This document shows, piece after piece, positions 19,509 through 31,210 of a stretch of DNA of 64,000 nt. The position numbers were made by a program, and so were the translations under genes. The stretch is from contig CAVVEU010000017.1 in the NCBI GenBank assembly GCA_963747235.1, positions 32,001 to 96,000 of the forward strand, in the 5' to 3' direction. This DNA comes from an uncultured Candidatus Rokubacteria bacterium. GTDB lineage: Bacteria > Methylomirabilota > Methylomirabilia > Rokubacteriales > CSP1-6. A model generated the notes under the pieces. The model did no database searches and was not told the origin of the DNA. It was given only the letters and a program-made list of their open reading frames with translations. The first letter of the stretch is position 1. Each line of letters begins with the position of its first letter.

Positions 19509-20381
19509 ATGGCTGACGCGCTGTCCACGATCCTCGAGACGACCCAGGCCGAGCGCCTGGCGACGGGCTTCGTCTTCACCGAGGGGCCGCTCTGGCACCC
19601 CGACGGGTTCTACTACTTCGTGGACGTGCGCGCGAGCATGCTCTACCGGATCACCCCCGGGCGCCCGCACGAGGTGGTGCGCGAGAAGACCGGCGGCGGC
19701 AACGGCACCACGTTCGACCTGCAGGGGCGGTTGATCCTCTGCGAGGGGGACAACCGGCGCGTCGTGCGGCAGGGCGCCGACGGCCGGTTCGAGGTGCTCA
19801 TGGATCGCTTCGAGGGCAAGCGCCTGAACCGGCCCAACGACGTGGTCTGCAAGTCCGACGGGAGCATCTACTTCACGGACCCGGGCCTGCGCGTGCCGCT
19901 GGCGGAGCGAGAAGTGCCGCACGCCGGTGTCTACCGGGTCGGCCCCGACGGGGCGGTGAGCCTCGTGGCGGATTTCGAGTACCCGAACGGGCTCGCCTTC
20001 TCGCCCGACGAGCGGCTGCTCTACGTGGCCAACACCCGCTGGGCGCAGTACATCCACGTGCTCGAGCTGGACGGCGACGGCCGGATGCTGCGCCGGCGCA
20101 TCTTCGCCGACATGTCGTCCGACGAGACCGACGGCGTGCCCGACGGCATGAAGGTGGACGTCGAGGGCCGCGTCTACTGCACGGGCCCGGGCGGCACCTG
20201 GGTCTTCGCCCCCGACGGCACGCGACTCGGCATCATCCGCACGCCCGAGGTGCCGGCCAACCTGGCCTTCGGCGGCCCCGACCTGCGCACGCTCTTCTTC
20301 ACCGCGCGCACCTCCGTCTACACGCTGCGCGCGAAGGTGCCCGGGCAGCCGCACCCGTGGTACCGGCTGCGGGCCCGGTGA
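19509..20381 (+). CDS. SMP-30/gluconolactonase/LRE family protein
   Basis: FTEGPLW, LNRPND, IYFTDP, PNGLAFSPD, PDGMKVD. Confidence 0.92.
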   Translation: MADALSTILETTQAERLATGFVFTEGPLWHPDGFYYFVDVRASMLYRITPGRPHEVVREKTGGGNGTTFDLQGRLILCEGDNRRVVRQGADGRFEVLMDRFEGKRLNRPNDVVCKSDGSIYFTDPGLRVPLAEREVPHAGVYRVGPDGAVSLVADFEYPNGLAFSPDERLLYVANTRWAQYIHVLELDGDGRMLRRRIFADMSSDETDGVPDGMKVDVEGRVYCTGPGGTWVFAPDGTRLGIIRTPEVPANLAFGGPDLRTLFFTARTSVYTLRAKVPGQPHPWYRLRAR

Positions 20382-20385
20382 CGGG

Positions 20386-20790
20386 ATGCCGATGCCGCCG
20401 CGGCGCCAGACGATTCTCGTGGTGGACGACGAGGACGACATCCGCGCGGTGGTGCGCCAGATGCTGACCGCCGACGGCTACCTCGTGCTGGACGCCGAGG
20501 ATCCCAACCAGGCGCTGCGCCTGGCCGGCCAGCAGCACGTGGACCTGCTGCTCACCGACGTGGTGATGCCGCTGATGCGGGGCACCGAGCTGGCGCAGCG
20601 CCTGCTGGCGGTGGTGCCCTCCGCGAAGGTGCTCCTCATGTCGGCGTACAAGGTGGCCGAGATCGCCGCCTCGGGGCATCCGTTCCTGGCCAAGCCCTTC
20701 ACGCCGGACGTGCTCCGGGAGCGGGTGCGCGAGATCCTGCGGGACGAGCCGTCGCCGTTCGCGCGGAAGCCTCCCGGCCGCCCGCGCTGA
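20386..20790 (+). CDS. Single-domain response regulator (CheY-like receiver)
   Basis: ILVVDDE, LLLTDVVMP, MSAY, FLAKPF. Confidence 0.9.
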   Translation: MPMPPRRQTILVVDDEDDIRAVVRQMLTADGYLVLDAEDPNQALRLAGQQHVDLLLTDVVMPLMRGTELAQRLLAVVPSAKVLLMSAYKVAEIAASGHPFLAKPFTPDVLRERVREILRDEPSPFARKPPGRPR

Positions 20791-20796
20791 GCGCGC

Positions 20797-21612
20797 TCAG
20801 CCCTTCACGCCGCCCGCTCCCCAGCCCTGCACGAGGTAGCGCTGCACCGCGACGAAGAAGCCGACGGTGGGCACCGTGATCATCACGCCCGCCGCCATGA
20901 TCATCCCCCAGTCCACGATCGTCGCGTTGAAGAGGTCGTTGACGCCCACCGGCAGCGTCTTCAGCTCCTCGGAGGTGATCAGCACCAGCGCGAAGAGGAA
21001 ATCGTTCCAGGCCAGGATGAAGGTGAAGATCGCCGCCGCGATCAACCCGGGCAGGGCCAGCGGGAGCACCACGTACCACACGGTCCGGCCCCGGCCCGCG
21101 CCGTCCACCAGCGCGGCCTCTTCCAGCTCGAGGGGGATCGACTGGAAGAACGCGCGGAGCACCCACAGGCAGAAGGGCAGGCAGAACGTGGTGTAGGAGA
21201 GCACGAGCGCCAGCCGCGTGTTCACGATCCCGAGCTGCCGGACCAGGACGTAGAAGGGGATGATGATCATGATCGGCGCGAACATGTAGGTCAGGAGGAT
21301 CAGGCCGGCCACGCTCTCGCGCCCGCGAAAGCGATAGCGGGTGAGGCCGTAGGCGCCGAGGGCGGACACGGTCAGCGTCAGGAGCACGGTGGCGCCAGCC
21401 ACCATCACGCTGTTGCGAAAGAACGCCAGGAAGCTCGTATCGGCGAAGAGGCGCCAGAAGTTCTCCAGGGTGGGATGGAGCGGCACCAGGCGCGGGGTGG
21501 CGAAGATCTCGCCCGACGGCTTGAGCGCGGTCGAGAGCATCCAGAGGAACGGGAAGGCGGCCCCGATCAGCAGCACCGTGCCGGCCCCGTAGAGGCCGAT
21601 CGCGCGCCTCAC
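20797..21612 (-). CDS. Carbohydrate ABC transporter permease (MalG-like)
   Basis: IPLELEEAALVDGA, AWNDFLFAL; GTG start overlapping the upstream stop. Confidence 0.88.
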   Translation of the reverse strand: MRRAIGLYGAGTVLLIGAAFPFLWMLSTALKPSGEIFATPRLVPLHPTLENFWRLFADTSFLAFFRNSVMVAGATVLLTLTVSALGAYGLTRYRFRGRESVAGLILLTYMFAPIMIIIPFYVLVRQLGIVNTRLALVLSYTTFCLPFCLWVLRAFFQSIPLELEEAALVDGAGRGRTVWYVVLPLALPGLIAAAIFTFILAWNDFLFALVLITSEELKTLPVGVNDLFNATIVDWGMIMAAGVMITVPTVGFFVAVQRYLVQGWGAGGVKG

Positions 21613-22484
21613 GAGAAGACCTCGTCGCGGCGGAACATCCGGAAGTACACCGCGGTCGCGGCCACCAGCATCGCGAACATGATCACCGCGAGCGCCGCGC
21701 CCATCCCGGCCTGGAGATAGGTGAAGCTGCGCGCGTAGGCGTAGACCGGCAGGGTGCGGATGTAGCGGCTCACCCCGCTGTCGCCCGCCATCAGCCACAC
21801 CGTGTCGAACTTGGTGAACATCCAGATGCTGCGCAGCAGCACGATCACGAAGAGCACGCTCGCGGTCTGGGGCAGGGTGACGTGCACGAACCGGCGCCAC
21901 GCGGAGGCGCCGTCCACGGTGGCCGCCTCGTAGAGCTCGGGCGGGATCGTCTGCAGCCGCGCCAGGTAGGTCACCACCACGAAGGGGAAGAACTGCCAGA
22001 CGCTGGTGACGATGAGCGAGGCCATGATGTAGTCGGGCCCCAGCCAGGCCACCGGCGCCCGCACCAGGCCCGCGCTCATGAGGAGGTGGTTGACGAGGCC
22101 GTAGGAATCGTTGAGCAGCCACTTCCACAGGATCACCGCCACGATGGTGGGGATCATGTAGGGGAAGAGCACGACGCCGCGCAGGAGGTTGCGCCCGCGG
22201 AAGCCCTCGTTCAGGAGCAGGGCGGCGGGCACGCCGACGCCGAGCTGCAGCACCATGGTCACGCCTGCGTAGACGCTGCCGTAGTAGAAGCTGGTCCAGA
22301 ACTCCGGATCACTCGCGAAGTAGCGGTAGTGCCGCAGGCCGACGAAGGCCTGCACCGGCATGAAGGCGTGCTTGTCGAAGAGGCTGAGCCAGACGTTGTA
22401 GAGGACCGGGAAGACGACGAGCCCGCCCAGCAGGACGAGCGACGGGGCGAGGAGGAGCCAGCCGACGAGCGCGCTCTTCCTCAC
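21609..22484 (-). CDS. Carbohydrate ABC transporter permease (MalF-like)
   Basis: LQTIPPELYEAATVDGAS EAA loop. Confidence 0.9.
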   Translation of the reverse strand: MRKSALVGWLLLAPSLVLLGGLVVFPVLYNVWLSLFDKHAFMPVQAFVGLRHYRYFASDPEFWTSFYYGSVYAGVTMVLQLGVGVPAALLLNEGFRGRNLLRGVVLFPYMIPTIVAVILWKWLLNDSYGLVNHLLMSAGLVRAPVAWLGPDYIMASLIVTSVWQFFPFVVVTYLARLQTIPPELYEAATVDGASAWRRFVHVTLPQTASVLFVIVLLRSIWMFTKFDTVWLMAGDSGVSRYIRTLPVYAYARSFTYLQAGMGAALAVIMFAMLVAATAVYFRMFRRDEVFS

Positions 22485-22506
22485 TCGCCCCGCCCGCGAT
22501 CCGGGC

Positions 22507-23884
22507 CTACGACCAGCGCTTGTGACCGAGCTGGGTGAGGAGCTCCTCGGCGCGCTTCTGCGCCCGATCGGCCTCCGCCTTCGGGTTCTTGCCGCCCACC
22601 ATGACCTCCACGATCATGTCGGCCACGATGCTCGAGCCGTCGAGCTCGGCCAGGAACGGCAGGAGGTTGTCCTCGGGCTTGGTGAAGCCCAGCGGCAGGA
22701 AGCGGTTGCCGCGCAGCCCGGTCATCAGCACGTCGTGCCACGCCTTCCACTTCTTGATGCGCTCGTTGGCCAGGTAGGCCGGGTCGTTCAGCATCGACGT
22801 GAAGATCGGCGTCAGGTGGATCGGCACCGAGTGGCAGTACTGCAGGTAGTGCTCCTTCTTGTAGAAGAGCCGCAGGAACTCGAAGGCCTCGTTCGGGTAC
22901 TTGGACTGGCTGAACACGGCCCAGTTCTCGCCGTCGAGCGCGGAGATGCCGACCTTGCCGGAGGGCCCGTGCGGCCGGAGCATCGGCATGAAGTGCTCGG
23001 GGTCCCGCATGCCCTCCGGCGCGTACTTCTCGATGTAGCCGATCGCGCGCGCGCCCGAGAGGTAGCTCATCGCGATCTTGCCGGTGGCCAGGGCGGCCTG
23101 GGTGTCGAGGTACTTCTGGCCGGACCAGCCCTGCGACTGGAACTTGTTCAGCTTCTGCAGATAGTCGAGCGTCTCCAGCATCGACTTGCTGTTGAGCTGG
23201 GGCCGCCACGTCTTGGCGTCCACCCATCCGCCGCCGTTGCCGGCCATCCACTCCGCCGGATGCACGAAGCCCATGTAGAGCTTCTCGCCCGCCATCTGGA
23301 ACGCGTAGCGGCCGTCCTCGGTCAGCGCGGCGGCCAGCTTGAGCATGTCGTCGTAGGTGACCGGCGTCTTGAAGCCCTTCTTCTCCCGCAGGTCGCGGCG
23401 CTCGCAGAAGTAGGTGGCGCCCATCGCGTGGGTGACCCCGTAGTACTTGCCGTCGAAGTACTGGAGCTTCCGCGTCGCCTCGTGGATGTCGTTCTCGCCG
23501 ATCGAGCGGATCAGCTCGTCCATCGGGCGCAGCAGGTTCTTGGTGTAGAGCGACGCGGTCATGAACGGATTGAGGTGCGTGAGGTCGGGCGGGCTGCCCG
23601 CGGACAGCGAGGCGAGGAGCTTGGTGTTGAGATCGCCCCAGCCGAGCGCCTGCTGGCGCACCTTGAAGCCGGGGAACTTCCGCTCGAACTCGGCGATGCG
23701 ACGTGTCCTGGATGGTCTTGACGGTCTGGGGCTCGACCTCGGTGTGCCAGACCGTGAGCTCGCGCACCTGCTGGCCGATGACCGCGGGGGCGCGCCCGAA
23801 CGTGGCGGCGCCGACGGCGGCGGCGGTGCCGGCGAGGAAACGACGACGGGAGACGCGAGATCCGAGGGCGGGTGGCTGGGGCAT
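22507..23884 (-). CDS. Sugar ABC transporter substrate-binding protein (Tat signal), +1 frameshift near 23700
   Basis: SRRRFLAG Tat motif, LTVWH, AGSPPDL; body in the adjacent frame. Confidence 0.85.
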
Positions 23885-23954
23885 CGGTGCCGCTCCTTCC
23901 GTGGTGCCTTCGTTGGCCTTCCGAGAGTGCCGGGACGCGCCGCGAACGCTGCCG

Positions 23955-23982
23955 AGTCTACTCGGCCCGCGTCGGGTGTCAA
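23955..23982 (-). promoter_or_regulatory. sigma70-type promoter for the sugar ABC operon
   Basis: TTGACA-16 nt-TAGACT on the minus strand; a divergent TTGACA lies at 24009-24014. Confidence 0.5.
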
Positions 23983-24096
23983 GAGAATGACCGGGACCGC
24001 CTGCCGTCTTGACAATCCCGAGGCGTCGGGCGCAGTCTTGGGCCCGCCGACCGACCGGCGCGCTCCCGCGGGAGACGCGCAGAGAGAGAGGATGCG

Positions 24097-25377
24097 ATGA
24101 AGCAGCCCTGGAGACAGTCGATCCTGGCCTGGATCCTGATCGGAGCCGTCACCGGAGTCATCGTGCTCGCGGGGGCCGGGGCCTTCGTCGCGCGGGCGGC
24201 CGACCCGATCAAGATCGGCTTCGGCATGGCCCTCACCGGCGGGCTCTCCGCCAACGGCAAGCCGGCCTTGCTCGCGCTGCAGATCTGGAAGGACGACGTC
24301 AACAAGAAGGGCGGCCTGCTCGGCCGGCCGGTGGAGCTGGTCTTCTACGACGACCAGACCAACCCGGCCACCGTGCCGGGCATCTACTCGAAGCTGCTCG
24401 ATGTGGACAAGGTGGACCTCGTGACCTCGGGCTACGGCACCAATCTCATCGCGCCGCTCATGCCGATCGCGATGGAGCGCAAGCTCCTGATCATGGGGAT
24501 CTTCGGGCTCGCCAACAACGAGAAGTACAAGTACCCGAACTACTTCCAGATCTCGCCGAACGGGCCCGAGCCGGAGACGAGCACCGCGCTCGGCTTCTTC
24601 GAGCTGGCCGCCCGGCAGAATCCGAAGCCGCAGACGGTGGCGATCGTGGGCGCCGACGCCGAGTACCCGCAGAACGCGCTCGTCGGCGCGCGCGAGCTGA
24701 TCAAGAAGTTCGGCTTCAAGACGGTCTACGACCGCACCTATCCGCCGAGCACCACCGACTACACCCCGATCGTGCGGGCGATCAAGGCCACCAATCCCGA
24801 CATCGTGTTCATCGCCTCCTACCCGCCGGACTCGGTGGGCATGCTGCGGGCGGCGCACGAGGTGGGGCTCTCACCCAAGATCATGGGCGGGGGCATGGTG
24901 GGACTGATGTTCACCACCATCATGACCAGCATGGGCCCCATGCTGAACGGCATCGTGAACTACGACTTCTGGGCGCCCGAGCCGACGTTCCTCGCGATCG
25001 CCGGCGTCAAGGAGTTCCTGAAGGAGTACCAGGCGCGCGCCGAGAAGGCGGGAGTCGATCCGCTCGGCTACTACCTGCCGCCCTACTCGTACGCGACCGG
25101 GCAGGTGCTGGCCCAGGCCATCGAGGCCACCAAGGGCCTCGACCAGCAGAAGCTGGCCGACTACATCCGCGCCACCGAGTTCAACACCATCGTGGGCAAG
25201 GTGAAGTTCGGGAAGAACGGCGAGTGGGCCAAGGGCCGCACCCTGATGGTCCAGTTCCAGAAGATCCAGGGGACGGGGATCGACCAGTTCCGCGGGCCGG
25301 GCAAGAAGGTCGTGCTCTATCCCGACGAGTTCAAGTCCGGCAACATCATCTATCCGTACTCGGCGGCGAAGAACTAG
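24097..25377 (+). CDS. Branched-chain amino acid ABC substrate-binding protein (LivJ/K family)
   Basis: PIKIGF..LTG, GGLLGRPVELVFYDDQT. Confidence 0.92.
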   Translation: MKQPWRQSILAWILIGAVTGVIVLAGAGAFVARAADPIKIGFGMALTGGLSANGKPALLALQIWKDDVNKKGGLLGRPVELVFYDDQTNPATVPGIYSKLLDVDKVDLVTSGYGTNLIAPLMPIAMERKLLIMGIFGLANNEKYKYPNYFQISPNGPEPETSTALGFFELAARQNPKPQTVAIVGADAEYPQNALVGARELIKKFGFKTVYDRTYPPSTTDYTPIVRAIKATNPDIVFIASYPPDSVGMLRAAHEVGLSPKIMGGGMVGLMFTTIMTSMGPMLNGIVNYDFWAPEPTFLAIAGVKEFLKEYQARAEKAGVDPLGYYLPPYSYATGQVLAQAIEATKGLDQQKLADYIRATEFNTIVGKVKFGKNGEWAKGRTLMVQFQKIQGTGIDQFRGPGKKVVLYPDEFKSGNIIYPYSAAKN

Positions 25378-25390
25378 CGGCGAGCGCTCC

Positions 25391-26263
25391 CTGTTCTCCT
25401 GGGACCTGCTGGCGAACGCGCTGGTCGCCGGACTCCTGCTCGGGGGCTTCTATGCCGCGGTGAGCCTCGGCATCTCGCTCATCTTCGGCCTGCTCGACAT
25501 CGCCAACATCGCGCAGCCCGCGTTCCTGATCCTGGGCTCCTACGCGGCCTACGTGATGAACACCGCGTTCGGGCTCGACCCCATCCTCGCCGGGGTGCTC
25601 TTCACGCCCGTGTTCTACGGCCTGGGCGTCGTGGTGTATCGCGTCTACTACGAGAGCTTCGAGCGACGCGGGGAGGAGTCGCTGCGGGGCCTCGTCTTCT
25701 TCTTCGGCCTCCTCTTCATCATCGAGGTGAGCCTCAGCCTCAAGTACGGCGTCGACTACCGGCTGGTGCAGGCGGACTACATCGGCAAGTCGCTCGATCT
25801 GGGCGGCGTCGGGATCGCGTACCGCCTCCTGGTGCCCTGCCTCGTCGGGCTCGCGATGACCCTGGCCCTCTACCTCTTCCTGGGCCGGAGCTTCTACGGC
25901 CGGGCGATCATGGCGGTGTCGCAGGACGCGGGCGCCCTGCGCCTGATGGGCGCCAATCCGGTCCAGATCAAGACCATCGCCTTCGGGGTCGGGATCGCGG
26001 CGGCCGGCCTGGCCGGGGCGCTGCTGATCACGATCGCGCCGGTGGTGCCGTCGTCGGACCGCGACTACATCGGCCGCATGTTCGCGATCACGGTCCTGGG
26101 CGGCATGGGCAGCATCGGCGGGACCCTCGTGGCCGCCATCATCCTGGGCGTGGTCGAGAGCCTGATGGGCACCTTCTTCGGCCCCTCCTGGTCGCTCGCG
26201 GTGTCATTCGGCATCCTGCTGGTCGCGCTCGCGGTGCGCCCGGCCGGGCTCTTCGGGCGCTAG
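25391..26263 (+). CDS. livH: Branched-chain amino acid ABC permease (LivH-like); start codon appears as CTG
   Basis: In-frame (L)FSWDLLANALVAGLLLGGFYAAVSLG upstream of the GTG; VLGGMGS motif. Confidence 0.82.
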   Translation: MFSWDLLANALVAGLLLGGFYAAVSLGISLIFGLLDIANIAQPAFLILGSYAAYVMNTAFGLDPILAGVLFTPVFYGLGVVVYRVYYESFERRGEESLRGLVFFFGLLFIIEVSLSLKYGVDYRLVQADYIGKSLDLGGVGIAYRLLVPCLVGLAMTLALYLFLGRSFYGRAIMAVSQDAGALRLMGANPVQIKTIAFGVGIAAAGLAGALLITIAPVVPSSDRDYIGRMFAITVLGGMGSIGGTLVAAIILGVVESLMGTFFGPSWSLAVSFGILLVALAVRPAGLFGR

Positions 26264-27199
26264 ATGCGACGGACGAGCACGGTCCTGCTGGTGGGCCTGG
26301 CGCTGGTGGGGGCCGGGATCCTGGTGGCCTCCCTGCGCGTCAATCCGTATTTCTACTTCGCGGCCTACGTGATCCTCCAGTACATCGTGATCGCCACCGC
26401 GTGGAACATCCTGGGCGGGTACGCGGGCTACGTGAACTTCGGCACCCCCGCCTTCTTCGCGCTCGGGGCGTACACCGCGGTGTTCCTGATCCAGTCGGTG
26501 CGGGCGCCGCTGCCGGTCCTGATCCTGGCCGGCGGCCTGGTCTCGGCGCTGCTCGGCCTCGGCATCGGCTATCTCACCCTGCGCCTGCGCGGCGTCTTCT
26601 TCTCGATCGCGACGCTGGCCCTGTCCATCGTGCTCCAGACCGTGATCATCAACTGGGAGTTCGTGGGCGGCTCCCGCGGCCTCAGCGTCATCCGCCCGAG
26701 CGGCCCGCCCTTCGGCAACTACGTGACGTTCCTCTTCACGGTCATGGTCTTCCTCGCGGTCGTCGCGGTGATCACCGCCCGCTTCATCGAGCGCTCCTGG
26801 ATCGGTCGCGGGCTCGCCGCGCTGCGGGACAACGAGGAGGCGGCCGAGTGCATGGGGGTGCCGACCCTGCGGCTGAAGCTCTTCGCCACCACGATCAGCG
26901 GCTTCCTGCTGGGGGTCGCGGGCGCCCCGTTTCCGTACTACGTGACCTTCGTGGATCCCAACTCCGCCTTCAGCCTCGACTACGCGGTGAACGCGCTCGC
27001 GATGCCGATGATCGGGGGGACCACGAGCTGGGCGGGGCCGATCATCGGGGCGGTGCTGCTCGGCAGCGCCCAGCAGCTCGCCACCGTGACCATCTCCTCG
27101 GAGATGAACCTGTTCATCGTGGGCGTGGTGCTGGTCGCCTTCGTGGTCCTCGCCCCCGAGGGCATCCTCGGGCTGGTCCGGCGCCTGCGCGGCCGCTGA
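26264..27199 (+). CDS. livM: Branched-chain amino acid ABC permease (LivM-like)
   Basis: AWNILGGYAG, LRLRGVFFSIATLA, ALRDNEEAA. Confidence 0.9.
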   Translation: MRRTSTVLLVGLALVGAGILVASLRVNPYFYFAAYVILQYIVIATAWNILGGYAGYVNFGTPAFFALGAYTAVFLIQSVRAPLPVLILAGGLVSALLGLGIGYLTLRLRGVFFSIATLALSIVLQTVIINWEFVGGSRGLSVIRPSGPPFGNYVTFLFTVMVFLAVVAVITARFIERSWIGRGLAALRDNEEAAECMGVPTLRLKLFATTISGFLLGVAGAPFPYYVTFVDPNSAFSLDYAVNALAMPMIGGTTSWAGPIIGAVLLGSAQQLATVTISSEMNLFIVGVVLVAFVVLAPEGILGLVRRLRGR

Positions 27200-27202
27200 G
27201 CG

Positions 27203-27908
27203 ATGAACGCCATCCTGGAGATCGACGGGCTCTCCAAGCGCTTCGGCGGCTTCCTCGCCCTGAACCGGCTGAGCCTGCACGTGAAGCCGGGCGAGCGGTT
27301 CGGGCTGATCGGGCCCAACGGGTCGGGCAAGACCACCCTCATCAACTGCGTGTCCGGCTCGCTCCCCGCGGACGGCGGCCGGATCCTCTTCGAGGGCCGG
27401 GAGATCACGACCCTGCCCGCCCACCGGCGGACCCGGCTCGGCATCGTGCGGAGCTTTCAGATCCCGAAGCCGTTCAGCAGCATGACCGTCCAGGAGAACC
27501 TCGACATCCCGCTCGAGTACGCGGCGCACCGCCGCTCCCGCGAGGCCGACGCCGACGCGGCGGAGATCTTGCGAGAGATCGGGCTCGAGTCGAAGGCGCA
27601 CCTGCGGCCCGCCGGGCTCACCCAGATCGAGATGCGCAAGCTCGAGCTGGCCCGGGCGATGGCGGCGCGGCCCAAGCTGCTCATCTCCGACGAGGCGATG
27701 GCCGGGCTGTCGAGCGCGGAGGTGGACGACATCCTGGCCATCCTCTTCCGCCTGAGCGCGCAGGGCATCACGATCATCATGATCGAGCACATCATGCGGG
27801 CGGTGATGCGCTTCTCCGAGCGCATCGTCGTGCTCGACGCGGGCGAGCGGATCGCCGAGGGCACGCCCGACGAGATCGTCCGGGACCCGGCGGTCGAGAA
27901 GGCCTACC

Positions 27909-27919
<11 letters not shown>
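27203..27919 (+). CDS. livG: Branched-chain amino acid ABC ATPase (LivG-like)
   Basis: GLIGPNGSGKTT, IEHIM, AYLGE. Confidence 0.9.
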
Positions 27920-28641
<722 letters not shown>

Positions 28642-28659
28642 GAGCCGGCGAGGACGGGC

Positions 28660-30088
28660 CTAGCCGGCCAGGAACGCCCGGGTGTGCTCGAGGAACTGGC
28701 CGAAGGCCGGCTCGGACTCGAGGAACACGTGGTTGCGCCCCGGCAGCGCCACGAACCGGGCGCCCGGGATGCCGGCCGCCATGCGGCGCCCGGCTTCGAA
28801 CGGGACGCGGGCGTCGTCGCGCGCGTGCAGCACGAGCGTCGGCACGCTCACCCGCGGAAGCAGCGCGGTCACATCGGTCTCGCCGGTGGCCGTGACGATC
28901 CGGGCGGCGGTGTCCCCCGAGACCGTGATGCGCTGCAGCTCGTTGAACCAGTCGGCCTGCTCCTTGGTCGCGCCGGGGATGAACTGCGAGGTGAACACCT
29001 GACGGAAGGCCGGATTCTCCTTGCCCCAGCCCACGCGCATCAGCGTCAGCATGGCGTCGTCCTCTTCCTTCTCGGCCGCGCTGCGGGCGCGCTTGTTCCG
29101 GCCCAGCGCGTAGCCGCCGTAGAGGATCGAGGTGCGACACCCGCTCGGGATGGCGGACCGCGTACGCGATCGAGACCGCGCAGCCCTGGGAGATCCCGAG
29201 CAGCGCGAACCGGTCGATCCCCGCCGCGTCCACCACCGCCTCCAGGTCGCTCACGAAGGCGTCGAAGGAGATCTCGTCGACGGTGCGGTCCGACAGCCCG
29301 TTGCCGCGGGCGTCGTAGCGGATGAGGGTGTGGTCCGCCGCCAGCTCCCGATAGAGGGGCCGCCAGATCGGGCTCTCGAGGTCGAACTCGAGATGGGTCA
29401 TCCAGTTGCCCGTCTTCATCAGCGGGGGACCCTGGCCGATCATCGAGTAGGCGAGCTGGACGCCGTCGGGCGCGGTGCAGAAGCGGATCTCCTGCCGGAG
29501 GTCGACGGCATTGGCGCCGGTCACGCCGGGCCCGGCGCCGCGGTCCGCGGGGGCGATCGCGAAGACGTCCACCGGCCGCGCGATGTTCTTGAAGGTGCGC
29601 GGGCCGAGCGCCTGGAAATCCGCCTTGAGCGCGCGGCTCACCTGGTCGAACACCTGGCGGGAGATGCAGATGCCGCCGGGCTCCGCGATGCCCTCGAGCC
29701 GCGACGCGACGTTGATGCCGTCGCCGTAGATCCGGGTCTCGTCGTGGATGACGTCGCCCAGGTTGATGCCGATGCGGAACCGCATGCGGCGCGACTCCGG
29801 CACCGCCTCGTTGCGCGTCGCCATGATGGTCTGCATCTCGACCGCGCACTCGGTGGCGTTGATCACGCTGGGGAACTCGGCCAGGATGCCGTCGCCCGCG
29901 GTGTCGATGATGCGGCCGCCGTAGCGGCCCACCAGCGGGAGGATCACCGCCTGGTGCCCCTTGAGGTCGCGGACCGTCGCGGCCTCGTCCTCGCCCATGA
30001 GCCGGCTGTAGCCGGCGATGTCGGCGGCCAGGATGGCGGCGAGCCGGCGCTTGATCGAGGGCGAGCGGGTGTCGTCCGTGTCTGTCAC
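28660..30088 (-). CDS. Class III nucleotide cyclase fused to C-terminal alpha/beta hydrolase, +1 frameshift near 29130
   Basis: RRLAAILAADIAGYSRLM, TAGDG, FRIGINLGDV, YGDGINVASRLE; then YDARGNGLSD, GISQG, PTLVLHARDD, GRNH. Confidence 0.88.
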
Positions 30089-30158
30089 CTGGTTCTCCGG
30101 GCGTGCGTGGCCGGATTGTGGCACATCGCGCCCACGACCGCGAGCGACGCCCCGGCGG

Positions 30159-31103
30159 CTAGGCGGCCGGGGGCGTTTGCCTCGCGGTCGGGCTGGTCTC
30201 GAACGTGTAGAGGAAGTTCGTGAAGCCGAGCATCGTAGTCGGAGACGCCGGCCTGCCCGGTCATCCGCATGCGCGTGTCGTAGACCTGCCGCATCCCGGC
30301 TTCGACCGTCCGCCCGACCGCGGTCGAGGGTGGTCCGCAGCTCGGCGAGCACTCGTCCCCAGCTCGGGACGAAGCGCCGCAGCCGCGGCGAGTCGTTCGA
30401 ACTCCCCGTGTTGCTTCCCCGCCAGCACGCACAGGTGACGATAGAAGCGCTCGAGCCGCGCGGCCTGCCTGAGGGCGGGCTCCCCGGAGGTGACCAGCGC
30501 GAGATAGGCGAGAACCTGCGCGTGCAGCTCCTTCCAGTAGCCCTTGCGGTGGCTGAACTCGTGCGCGAGGACGTGCGGCTCGAGCGGCCCCGTGTCCTTG
30601 AAGATCGCGACGTCACCCGACAGCGCGTCGCAGGCCCCGAGCGCGAACGGGAACGCGAGCTTCGAGAGGGCGAAGCCGCGCACCTCGGCGCTCGTTCGGA
30701 CGCGCTGCCCGGTGATGCTCGCGATGTAGCGCGTGAGGTGCCGGTCGACCTCGACCGCCAGCTCCCGGCGGGGGCGGCGCTGAGGAATGAACTCGTCGTT
30801 CAGGCGCTCGGCCAGGATTCGGACCTCGGCCTCACGGACTTCGCGGGGCATCGGCACCAGGTGGTGCAGGTCCGCGCCGAACTCCCGGCGGAAGTCGATC
30901 TTCCGGATCCCGCGGCGGTTGTGCCAGTCCCGGACCGCGTTGGCGAGGTACGCGCCGAGCACCGCGCCCTGCACCACGCGCCCGAGCGGCGTGACCCCGA
31001 GCAGGGCGCGGACCACCAGGGGCGCGCCGACCACGAGGTCGATCGGCGCCACGGGCCAGTACGTCGCCCGGTTGGCGATCCAGATCTCGTCCGGCGTGCT
31101 CAT
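30159..31103 (-). CDS. Putative zinc metalloprotease-like protein (HExxH; DUF3810-like), three frameshifts in the 3' part (about 30350, 30325, 30230)
   Basis: VLAHEFSHRKG..E motif; joined C-terminus ...YDTRMRMTGQAGVSDYD..FTNFLYTFE...PAA*. Confidence 0.65.
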
Positions 31104-31210
31104 CGGCGGCTAGTGTCGCACGTACCGCCGGGGAATCGGGGCGACCAAGGTCCAATAGCGTTCAAGGGGCAACCGCGCACAATGTGCTCGTACCTAAGAG
31201 GAGGGTTCCC

